Position numbers and translations under genes: made by a program
The notes under the pieces: model-generated
Databases searched by the model: none
What the model saw: the letters and a program-made list of their open reading frames with translations, nothing else
Told to the model about the DNA's origin: nothing
In this document: piece after piece, positions 30,499 through 38,873 of the stretch
How positions within the stretch are numbered: position 1 is the stretch's first letter
Layout of the letters: each line of letters opens with the position of its first letter
Source: a virus
IMG/VR virus record: IMGVR_UViG_3300008117_000018
Location: 1 to 64,000 of that record
Direction: 5' to 3' (one strand)
DNA: 64,000 nucleotides

Positions 30499-32972
30499 TA
30501 GAATTGATAATTGATTCCTTTTTCTTTTAATATGTTGTTCAATTTTTGTAAATCATCTTTACTGAGTTCGTCTTTAATCCAATAATCTAAATCATATTCT
30601 TTACCTATCATTCCCTTTCTTTTACCAAAGGCTAATTTTACTTTTTGCAAATCTTTATCGTTTCTTAATTCAGACATTTTATCAAATAATTCATCTTTTT
30701 TGTAACTTGGTCCATACATAGATTTAAATATTCTATCGGCTATGTAGTCGTAGTCCAAATCTGGTTCGAATTCTTCACCAAGCTTGACATATTTAGAGAA
30801 CTCACTATAAACTACTCCGAAGCCAAATCTCAATTGTTCCCCTGATATTTCCAATTTTTCTCCATTTTTTAACTTTAATAATTTTTCTTTAATTCTATCA
30901 AATATCTTATTTCCTTTTATTATATCAATAACAAAATTTTGACCCTTGATTGAACCTCGACCAATATGCTCCTCTTTCATTGCAATTAAATATAAAATTA
31001 TAGCATCAGCAATTATGTCCACGGATTCATCATTAAGCCTACTTGGATTAGATATAACTTTTATAATTAGATTATTTCCTGTGTAATCAGTAGGAGTTTG
31101 TTTAAAGCACTCTATCAAATTTAAAGAAGAGAAACTCGCTTTTTTATCAGCTCGATAGTCATACAGTCGATTAAATCCTTTATGAAATACAATTAATTTT
31201 TTTTGTAACAATTTACAAAAAACATCAATATATTTTTGAGCCAATCCATCAAAACTAAAAGTCATCAAATAGGTAAACCTTTTAAAAGGACTCAATTTGT
31301 AATCTACTAAATTGAATCTTTTCGCATTTGTAGTTGTACCTAAGAAATCTGGGTTCGAGTCCGTCAATTCTGTATTAATTAATAATTTTGATAATTTATC
31401 TAAGGAATCGTCAATTTTTTTATCAACAACTTCTTTTGGTAAAATTTTCATTTCATTTAACATTTTAACAAATACATCACCGTCATATTCAGAAGTCTCA
31501 GAATATAATTCATGAGATTTTAAAAAATTATTTTTTAATACTTCTCTGAATTTTTCAACACTTTCACTACCTCCTTCTATTTCAGAATAGATAGATGTTA
31601 TAACTGAGATTGGAAATGAAATGTCTTCACTATTTTTAGAAAAATACTCACATATTTGTTCAATTTTCTTTTTGAGCAAATCTGATTTTTGACCAGACAT
31701 TTTTACAAACTCTAATAAAAAAATAATCAGATTAGATAAATAATTTATAAATTCACTTTTTTCTAAATTTCTATCTGTTAAAGGTAAATCATAGAGTCTT
31801 TTTATAATATTATCTAATACCTGTGGTTTGCTCTTTGATAAATCCGAAATCAATTCAGTAAATATCTTCTTTGATCCAATACTTGAAATGTTTATACGTG
31901 AAAAAAGTTTGACCGTCTTTTCACTATCTTTGAGAATTGATGGAATATCCAAACTTTTTATCCATTGAACCGGTCTATTCGGGTCTATTTGTATCAACTC
32001 TTTATCATTGTCTATGATTTTACACTGAAGAATGTCTTTATTACCCACTCTTACTCTTTCGTATTGGTACTCTAACTTAGACATTGGATTCCAAGTTCTC
32101 CCATCATCTGATGTATATCTTGTCGGTTTAGCCAAGTCTGCATCATAAATGACCAATACTCTTCCATCATTACCACCTGTAAATGAAATACCATCAACTA
32201 ATGATATAAATCCATCCATTTTACACAATCTTAGAGCAATCGGACCAGTCAAAAATCTACCCTTTTTGTCCTTTTCTAACTCTTCAACAAAACCACCTGG
32301 AGTTGTTACTTTTGTCTTTACTAAGATTTCGTTAAAACCATTCAGTAGTTCTTTATTCTTATTATAGAAATTTAAAAACTTACCACCCATTATTTTTTTC
32401 AATTGGTCAATAAGTGTGTGATTAGCTCCCCAAACTTTTTTTGCTTGATTATTTCCTTCAGTCATATCAAGTATTAAAAATTTACCAGTGTTATCGACTC
32501 TAAATTCAACAATATTTTGTCCATATCCTCTCATATCAGGTTTACCATCACCATCAAAGTCTCTAATCTGATCATCAAACTCATAACAAGTATACAAACC
32601 AACACCATAAAAATCTCCTGCACCTGCTCTGAAACCTTGAGAAATTATTCTTGGATCCTGTGTTGTAATTTTATCACCTATTTTAACTATTGGAAAACCT
32701 CTATCATCCAATTTGATATCGGGATTCATATCACTTAGTAATTTAATATTGTTACTGATTGCTAATTGATACTCTTTTGTATTTTTAGTTAAACCAAAAA
32801 TCATAGACTCAGCAAATTGTTGATAAAAATTTACATTTGGATCAGGTTCTACATTGACTATATAACTTTGTTCGACTAATCTTGTTCTATGGTAAGCTAA
32901 AAACTGACCCGACTCTAAAGCCTCATTGATTCTTAATTCTCTAAATTTGGAAAAATCTCTTATAAATTTCAT
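30498..32972 (-). CDS. PARP/ART-like protein with C-terminal annexin-like repeat
   Basis: AYHRT, GFRAGAGDFYGVGLYT, YG..IVEF; C-term IADRIFKSMYG...DL..WIKDELS. Confidence 0.55.
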   Translation of the reverse strand: MKFIRDFSKFRELRINEALESGQFLAYHRTRLVEQSYIVNVEPDPNVNFYQQFAESMIFGLTKNTKEYQLAISNNIKLLSDMNPDIKLDDRGFPIVKIGDKITTQDPRIISQGFRAGAGDFYGVGLYTCYEFDDQIRDFDGDGKPDMRGYGQNIVEFRVDNTGKFLILDMTEGNNQAKKVWGANHTLIDQLKKIMGGKFLNFYNKNKELLNGFNEILVKTKVTTPGGFVEELEKDKKGRFLTGPIALRLCKMDGFISLVDGISFTGGNDGRVLVIYDADLAKPTRYTSDDGRTWNPMSKLEYQYERVRVGNKDILQCKIIDNDKELIQIDPNRPVQWIKSLDIPSILKDSEKTVKLFSRINISSIGSKKIFTELISDLSKSKPQVLDNIIKRLYDLPLTDRNLEKSEFINYLSNLIIFLLEFVKMSGQKSDLLKKKIEQICEYFSKNSEDISFPISVITSIYSEIEGGSESVEKFREVLKNNFLKSHELYSETSEYDGDVFVKMLNEMKILPKEVVDKKIDDSLDKLSKLLINTELTDSNPDFLGTTTNAKRFNLVDYKLSPFKRFTYLMTFSFDGLAQKYIDVFCKLLQKKLIVFHKGFNRLYDYRADKKASFSSLNLIECFKQTPTDYTGNNLIIKVISNPSRLNDESVDIIADAIILYLIAMKEEHIGRGSIKGQNFVIDIIKGNKIFDRIKEKLLKLKNGEKLEISGEQLRFGFGVVYSEFSKYVKLGEEFEPDLDYDYIADRIFKSMYGPSYKKDELFDKMSELRNDKDLQKVKLAFGKRKGMIGKEYDLDYWIKDELSKDDLQKLNNILKEKGINYQF

Positions 32973-33034
32973 AATCTATATATAAAAAATAAGATTTTAA
33001 TTTAATATATACTTTATAAAAAAAAAATGAAACT

Positions 33035-33436
33035 ATGAAACATTTAAAAAGATTTAATGAAAGTGAAGATACAACCAAACACTTCTACTCACCAGGATTT
33101 GGTAAAGGAACTGAGAGTAACAGAGAATCGGCTGATAAAATGTTTGCAGAAATTGATAGAATTGCAGATTCCGGATCTGATACAGCTCTACATGATCTTT
33201 TTTATACAATAGACCATATCGAAGAATTTATGCAACAATTCGGATATGTACCAGAAGGTGACCGAAATCAAGATGAGGTTTGGGATGACTTAAGTATGCA
33301 TATACATGACTCTATGAGACCACTTATTAGAAGAGCTATAGGAAGTCCTAACTATCCATCGCGTAAACACCAAAGACCAAATATCGCATACACTCGAAAA
33401 TACTCTGATAAGTTTGTTCCAAGTTGGAAAAAATAA
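33035..33436 (+). CDS. Hypothetical protein with capsid-targeting-like leader
   Basis: MKHLKRFNES; TTAATATATA at 33002-33011. Confidence 0.75.
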   Translation: MKHLKRFNESEDTTKHFYSPGFGKGTESNRESADKMFAEIDRIADSGSDTALHDLFYTIDHIEEFMQQFGYVPEGDRNQDEVWDDLSMHIHDSMRPLIRRAIGSPNYPSRKHQRPNIAYTRKYSDKFVPSWKK

Positions 33437-33440
33437 ATAA

Positions 33441-33470
33441 AAAAACCTTTGATTCAATTCAAAGGTTTTT
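33441..33470. terminator. Bidirectional intrinsic terminator
   Basis: AAAAACCTTTGA-ttcaat-TCAAAGGTTTTT. Confidence 0.8.
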
Positions 33471-34039
33471 TATTTTGAGTAAGTTACTAATCCACCTAAT
33501 TTTTTTTTCTCTAAAATTATTTCTTCAGTATTTATATTTGATTTTTGGAAATCTCTAATTAATTTATAAAGCCTTCTATTTACTAATCGCAATTGACCAG
33601 ATATATCTTGTGTAGTATAGATTTTAGTTGAATTTGAATTCAGCCTCTCAAATTTGGAATTTACAGGAACTAATATCATTTCACTTTTTTCTAAAAATTG
33701 ATAAGAACACTTATTTGATTTTAAAATATTTCTATTTTTAGAAAATAAATTTTGAGATATATCGAACTTGAAAAAAGGCAAATAACTTCTATAGAAAGTC
33801 CGACCAGCATTAATATTAATAAATTTATGATTGGATATATCAGATACACTTATGTCAAATAACTTACAACTTTCTTCATAAAACTCTCTGACACAAGTTT
33901 TTTCAATACTTTCCCCAAAGTCACATTTTCCACCAGCATCTGATAAAACTCCTCTTTTTGAACCAAATGTTAAAAAGTATAAGTCGTCATTTATCTTAAC
34001 AATTGGTAATATACCACCACCTGAGAATTTAGTATTCAT
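33470..34039 (-). CDS. Nudix hydrolase (second copy)
   Basis: GGGILP, DAGGK.D.GES...TCVREFYEES; TATATTTG at 34044-34051. Confidence 0.8.
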   Translation of the reverse strand: MNTKFSGGGILPIVKINDDLYFLTFGSKRGVLSDAGGKCDFGESIEKTCVREFYEESCKLFDISVSDISNHKFININAGRTFYRSYLPFFKFDISQNLFSKNRNILKSNKCSYQFLEKSEMILVPVNSKFERLNSNSTKIYTTQDISGQLRLVNRRLYKLIRDFQKSNINTEEIILEKKKLGGLVTYSK

Positions 34040-34076
34040 AATTCAAATATACAAAAAAATATTTAATATATATAAT

Positions 34077-35135
34077 ATGATTATAAAGAAATTTTCAGAA
34101 TTCAAATTAATATTAGAGAATACAGTAAGTCCTACTAGATTTAGAAACGCGAGTGTAGGTGATATAGTTGATTTTGTAGACCAATTTTTATACAATTCTA
34201 AAAATATAGATATAACCGAAAAAATAGCTGGACAACATCTTACCGTAACAATTAAAGATAATTTTGTCATGGTAAATACAAAAGACCAAATTTTATCAGG
34301 GCAATCTGGAAGAAATGCATCACACTCAAGATGGGGATCAGACATCACTAGACCACTCATAGACATAATTGCCAACCAAAAGTTACCAGATCAAACTTGG
34401 GGATTTGAGATACTAAATCCTCGTTCTAATCACGATTACATACAATATAAAAATGTAGATAAAATATACATTGAATACACTGGTAATCTATCTGAGGAGC
34501 TGGCAGAAGAAATAAGAAAAAAATTAAATACAGGAATAAAACTATTGACAAAAAAAGATATCAAAATTAATATCAATAAAAATCAAGCCTTTGAAGATTT
34601 CAAAAAAGTTTGGGAAGGTGGTTTAAGAAATGAATTCATATCAATGACTTTTAAAGACGATTATAAAGTAGGTAAACTAAAAGATATGATAGGTGATTTA
34701 CTAGATGAAGTAATTGTGTCTGTAGTTGATAAAGTATCACCAATTGAAGGAATTGTTATAGGAACTTCAACACCTATAAAACTACAAACTAATAAATTTT
34801 TAAAAATTCAACGAGTTCAAATGCCAATGTATTCAGTATTCAAAATTAGCAGACATGAAATTGACCAAGTAATGAATAACCCTACTACCTCTTTTGAACA
34901 ATTGAAAAATAAATTTGGCTTAAGATTAGACTCAATATATAGACAAAATCTGAGATATAGTTTATACGAAACTTTAAAATATTATCTTCAACAAAATGCT
35001 AAACTTGAAGGAACAGACACTTCTAAATACAAAAGATGGTTGTCAAGCGAAGAGTCAGAGAGTATGCTAAGAAAATTAACTCAACAAAATTGTAAAGAAA
35101 TATATTTAGAACTTTACAATAAAGTCAATTCTTAG
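34077..35135 (+). CDS. RNA-ligase-like nucleotidyltransferase with capsid-targeting-like leader
   Basis: ITEKIAG (motif I), WGFEI, PIEGIVI (motif IV), IKL (motif V); MIIKKFSEFKLILEN. Confidence 0.55.
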   Translation: MIIKKFSEFKLILENTVSPTRFRNASVGDIVDFVDQFLYNSKNIDITEKIAGQHLTVTIKDNFVMVNTKDQILSGQSGRNASHSRWGSDITRPLIDIIANQKLPDQTWGFEILNPRSNHDYIQYKNVDKIYIEYTGNLSEELAEEIRKKLNTGIKLLTKKDIKININKNQAFEDFKKVWEGGLRNEFISMTFKDDYKVGKLKDMIGDLLDEVIVSVVDKVSPIEGIVIGTSTPIKLQTNKFLKIQRVQMPMYSVFKISRHEIDQVMNNPTTSFEQLKNKFGLRLDSIYRQNLRYSLYETLKYYLQQNAKLEGTDTSKYKRWLSSEESESMLRKLTQQNCKEIYLELYNKVNS

Positions 35136-35464
35136 TCTAATAAATTATCTAAATTAAAATCTCTGTAGACTTGTTTAGTAATATCACCTAAACCAGTATC
35201 AATCAATTTATCAAAATTTGAGTCTGTTGTATCAAATTCGTAGTCTTTTAGAGTTTCTAAATTTTTATTATACCACATATAAAAGAAATCACAGGTAGTC
35301 TCAACTATATCTTCAAATGATGGTTCTAAAAACGAATCATATCCACAAAATAGAATTCTAAAATCCAATGGTCGTTCAGTGTCATAAATAATATCAATTG
35401 ATTTATTCCAATTTAAATTTATTGTAAAACCTAACTTTTCAATTCTATCTAAATGTTCAATCAT
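35132..35464 (-). CDS. Hypothetical protein
   Basis: ORF; ends YRDFNLDNLLD. Confidence 0.7.
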   Translation of the reverse strand: MIEHLDRIEKLGFTINLNWNKSIDIIYDTERPLDFRILFCGYDSFLEPSFEDIVETTCDFFYMWYNKNLETLKDYEFDTTDSNFDKLIDTGLGDITKQVYRDFNLDNLLD

Positions 35465-35687
35465 TTTTAAGTACTTTATTAAGTTTATATTCTCTTTTAT
35501 CTTCTAATTCAATCGGCTCAACTATTAATTCACCATTTGATATTTTTATTTCCCATTTATTACCGGTTACATCATCTAAGAGCGCTAATTTAGTTATGAC
35601 ACAATATCCATCTGGCTCTATTCTAAGAACAGAATCACCAGATGAACTATTCACATTAAATACATTAGGTTGAAGTTTAACAGCCAT
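35457..35687 (-). CDS. Hypothetical protein
   Basis: ORF; ends KREYKLNKVLKND. Confidence 0.7.
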   Translation of the reverse strand: MAVKLQPNVFNVNSSSGDSVLRIEPDGYCVITKLALLDDVTGNKWEIKISNGELIVEPIELEDKREYKLNKVLKND

Positions 35688-36628
35688 TATAGTTTAATAC
35701 CAGTTTTAGGATCATAATTCATAATCAACAACTCAACACCTTTAGCTTGTTCAGTTTTAAGTTCGGAATTATTTCCACCATGAGCAGAGCTTCTGAAAAC
35801 CTCTTTCTCAGTCCAAACGTATTTATCTTTAGGTAATAACTCTTCTAAAAGTGGAAAATAATAATAAGAAAGAGACCAACGACACTTTGTTTTTTTAAGT
35901 AATTCTAATAACCTTCTATGAGAAGCTGGACCAAATACACCTTCTTTGTCAGCTCCATACCAAAAAAGTCTTTTAGCATCGTCCTCTCCGTTCTCATCTG
36001 GTCTAAAATAAGGAGGATCTAAATAAAGATAAGTATCTTCCGCATCATATTTAGTAATCAACTCTTCAAAGTCAATATTTAAAAATTCAGTAATTGATTG
36101 TAATTTATGAGTATATTTATTTTTCTTCAATTTATCAATGAGAACTTCTAATTTAAGACGGTCTTTATCTTTTTTATAACCATTGAAACCAGCACCTCGT
36201 GGATAAACCGAATTATGAGCAGATGTAATAAGAAAAGCATAAATAGCCGCCTTTTCAAAATCTCCAATTTCAAAGTTCATATCATCCAAGAAATCATTCT
36301 TTTGGTAGTCCTTATAAATCTTTTTATAAAAGTCCCATTTTTTTAATGGTTCTGTTTCAGTTGTGTGTAATAAAGTATTTTTTAAATTTTCCAAATAAGG
36401 TAAAAACTCTTCAGGTTGTGATGAACACTTATATAAGTTCACCTGGTGTCGATTTTTATCATTATAGATAACTACATCAAATTTAAGTTGATCGTCGTCC
36501 ATATACGTTCCCATTGAACCAGAAAAAGGCTCTAAATATGTTTTTATTCCAGTTTTTGGAATTTTTGTATTGATTAACTCCTGAAATGCAGAGGAACTTT
36601 TACCTCCAAAATAACTTATTACTGCCAT
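35687..36628 (-). CDS. dam: DNA adenine methyltransferase (Dam/D12 class)
   Basis: SYFGGK, EPFSGS, YND, LYLDPPY, ELLIMNY. Confidence 0.85.
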   Translation of the reverse strand: MAVISYFGGKSSSAFQELINTKIPKTGIKTYLEPFSGSMGTYMDDDQLKFDVVIYNDKNRHQVNLYKCSSQPEEFLPYLENLKNTLLHTTETEPLKKWDFYKKIYKDYQKNDFLDDMNFEIGDFEKAAIYAFLITSAHNSVYPRGAGFNGYKKDKDRLKLEVLIDKLKKNKYTHKLQSITEFLNIDFEELITKYDAEDTYLYLDPPYFRPDENGEDDAKRLFWYGADKEGVFGPASHRRLLELLKKTKCRWSLSYYYFPLLEELLPKDKYVWTEKEVFRSSAHGGNNSELKTEQAKGVELLIMNYDPKTGIKL

Positions 36629-36637
36629 GTTTTATTT

Positions 36638-37123
36638 TTATTTTAATATTTGTTCTAATCCGGTTTTTTGTATGCCGTTGATTTCATCTCTTACTTTCAT
36701 TAATATTTTACCTAAATGATTTTCGCCTTTACCATTGAAGACGCCCCAAAAAGTATCTTTCCATAAATTGACCTCGACAATTTTAGCATCACCCGTCAAC
36801 TTTAGTAGTTCTGCGAGATTTTCGTCTTTGAATTTTTCTCTGATTGCAAAATTCATAATTTCAATTTTTTTTTCAGACCAATCTTTGCGAACTTTTATTT
36901 TTTGACCTATTTTTTTTACCACACCTGGTTCTTTTATTTTAGAAATCATTTCTCTAAAGTCAGCCGATGTATAATATTTTCCATTTAACATTTGATCCGA
37001 ATTAGATTTCATAGCAACATAAAAATGCTCAACTGTAGGATAGGTAATTCCCTGAAATTCAATTTTTGATTCATAAAAATTTGATAAAAAATAATATTTA
37101 CCTCTAAATTGCTCAATAGTCAT
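36638..37123 (-). CDS. NADAR family protein (YbiA-like)
   Basis: FLSNFY, YPTVEHFY.AMK, RKDW, W.DTFWG...G.GENHLGKILMKVR; start moved to MTIEQF because the longer start lies inside a terminator. Confidence 0.9.
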   Translation of the reverse strand: MTIEQFRGKYYFLSNFYESKIEFQGITYPTVEHFYVAMKSNSDQMLNGKYYTSADFREMISKIKEPGVVKKIGQKIKVRKDWSEKKIEIMNFAIREKFKDENLAELLKLTGDAKIVEVNLWKDTFWGVFNGKGENHLGKILMKVRDEINGIQKTGLEQILK

Positions 37124-37144
37124 ATTTATTATACTATATAAAAC

Positions 37145-37168
37145 AAAAAAGTCCACTTTTGTGGACTT
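37145..37168 (-). terminator. Intrinsic terminator after tmRNA
   Basis: AAGTCCAC-aaaa-GTGGACTT followed by a T run on the minus strand. Confidence 0.85.
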
Positions 37169-37176
37169 AATTTTAG

Positions 37177-37551
37177 TGGAGATGACGATGTACTGCCCAT
37201 CGTGTCTTCCCTAGTTAACAATAATTATTCATTCACAGGCTTAGAAAGTTTTTCGAAACTTACAAAATAGTTAGTTGAACAACCCATCACTCTAACAATT
37301 CTGGTTTCACATTTTTAACTGTGTGATTCAGCTGGAGAATTTTTTCGAAAGCTTAAAAGATTAAACTAAAGATAGCTCTTCTGCCTTAAGCATGTTGTTT
37401 TGTAACGCCGCTACTAAATCTTCACGGGATGCTACTTCATTTGTTTTGCCATTTACGACTTTTTGCCACCAAATTTATTAGTCGGTTACTTGACCATCCG
37501 ACACCTGCATAATCACCACTACTCTATGAATCTATACTAAAAAACATCCCC
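37177..37551 (-). ncRNA. ssrA: tmRNA (one-piece, about 375 nt)
   Basis: 5' GGGGATG pairs with 3' CATCTCC-A (G3.U70 Ala identity); T-arm ACGATG-GGCAGTA-CATCGT; resume context TAAAT|GGC; tag ORF 37450..37361; flanked by a promoter and a terminator. Confidence 0.92.
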
Positions 37552-37576
37552 ATAGTTTATATTGTAATTATTTCTA

Positions 37577-37584
37577 CAAATGTA
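37577..37584 (-). promoter_or_regulatory. Bacteroidota-type -7 box TACATTTG for tmRNA
   Basis: TAnnTTTG about 25 nt upstream of G1; a TATATA tract overlaps it. Confidence 0.55.
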
Positions 37585-37612
37585 TATATAATATTATAAA
37601 ATACAAAAAAGT

Positions 37613-38011
37613 TTAGATATTATCTTCATATTTAAAATATATGTCCATTCTACACTCACCAGCATTATATTGAGAGTTTGGCTTATCAAAGGCAACACCA
37701 GTTCCCCAATACTTCGTCTTCTCTGAACTATATAGAAACTTATTATCTTTTAAATAATCAGAAACGACACCTATAACATCACTAACTTCATTCCAAGTTA
37801 ATTCACGAGATTCTTTTTTAAGTTTAATTATTATATAATAACCATTAGGACCTTTTCTATTACCAACTTTTACAAATCGAGACTCACCTTCAATATTTTT
37901 AAAATTCAATTCTAATAAAATATCATTAACAATAGGAGTAATATCATTAATAATCTCACTAACATCAGAATCTATTGATTCAAAAAATTTAAAATCTGTT
38001 AAATATCTCAT
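37613..38011 (-). CDS. Hypothetical protein with leader
   Basis: MRYLTDFKFFES. Confidence 0.7.
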   Translation of the reverse strand: MRYLTDFKFFESIDSDVSEIINDITPIVNDILLELNFKNIEGESRFVKVGNRKGPNGYYIIIKLKKESRELTWNEVSDVIGVVSDYLKDNKFLYSSEKTKYWGTGVAFDKPNSQYNAGECRMDIYFKYEDNI

Positions 38012-38014
38012 TAT

Positions 38015-38290
38015 TTAATTAAATACATCAGGAGAATCACCTTCTTCAGGTTCATATTCATCAGAGTCTAAACTCTTTATAATGTTTTCAACTTCTTCAT
38101 AAGAGTCATAATTTGTCCAAAGAGAACCTTTGCCAAACAATTCTTCAGCGTCTTCAGCATCTTTATAAGTTAGACCATCAGCCATCATTTTTGGAGTGAG
38201 TGCGAATATTCTAAAGTGGCTACCAACTCTATTTACAAAATATTTAACTTTATCGTTGTTAAAACTTTCAAATAATTTAATGTATTTCAT
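38015..38290 (-). CDS. Hypothetical protein with leader
   Basis: MKYIKLFESFN. Confidence 0.7.
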   Translation of the reverse strand: MKYIKLFESFNNDKVKYFVNRVGSHFRIFALTPKMMADGLTYKDAEDAEELFGKGSLWTNYDSYEEVENIIKSLDSDEYEPEEGDSPDVFN

Positions 38291-38302
38291 ATTATTTATT
38301 TT

Positions 38303-38872
38303 TTAGAAAGGCATTGTATCATCATCTAAGCCTTCATCTAAAGTAAAACCAAATGAAAGTATCCCACCACCAGATTTTGATTGCCAAATGTCAAATTCAG
38401 CATCATATTGAGCTAAAATATCTCTTTTAAGTTTGTTAGCGACTTCGAAAACTTTGATAACATTTCTTAATGTTTCCTTTTTAGCCATATGAACCTCTAT
38501 TACAATGTCTTCATTTCTTTTAGCGGTAATTTGCACATTATCAACTCCTGAATTTCTAAACATTTGACGAAGTAAATAAGTTAAATGCTGAACATCATCA
38601 TCTTCATCATCTTCATCATATCCATAATCATCATCATCATCATCATCAAACTTCGGATTTGATGATTTTTTTCCAGAATAGTATTTATCGTCTTCATCAT
38701 CATACCAATCATCATACTCACCATAATCTTTAGTAGAATCATCATCATACTCATAATCATCTTCTGGCCAACGTGCTTCATTTTTTTTATTAGCAGAAAG
38801 ACCATTGTTTAGATGACTAAATTCATCTTCTCTGATATTTTCTAAATATTTTATAAATGTTTTTATTTTCAT
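38303..38872 (-). CDS. Highly acidic protein with leader
   Basis: MKIKTFIKYLEN; long Asp/Tyr-rich tract. Confidence 0.75.
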   Translation of the reverse strand: MKIKTFIKYLENIREDEFSHLNNGLSANKKNEARWPEDDYEYDDDSTKDYGEYDDWYDDEDDKYYSGKKSSNPKFDDDDDDDYGYDEDDEDDDVQHLTYLLRQMFRNSGVDNVQITAKRNEDIVIEVHMAKKETLRNVIKVFEVANKLKRDILAQYDAEFDIWQSKSGGGILSFGFTLDEGLDDDTMPF

Positions 38873-38873
38873 A

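Noticed and set aside
37177-37551. tRNA-Ala
   Set aside because: Acceptor halves are about 360 nt apart with a tag ORF between; this is tmRNA. No tRNA genes were noticed in the window
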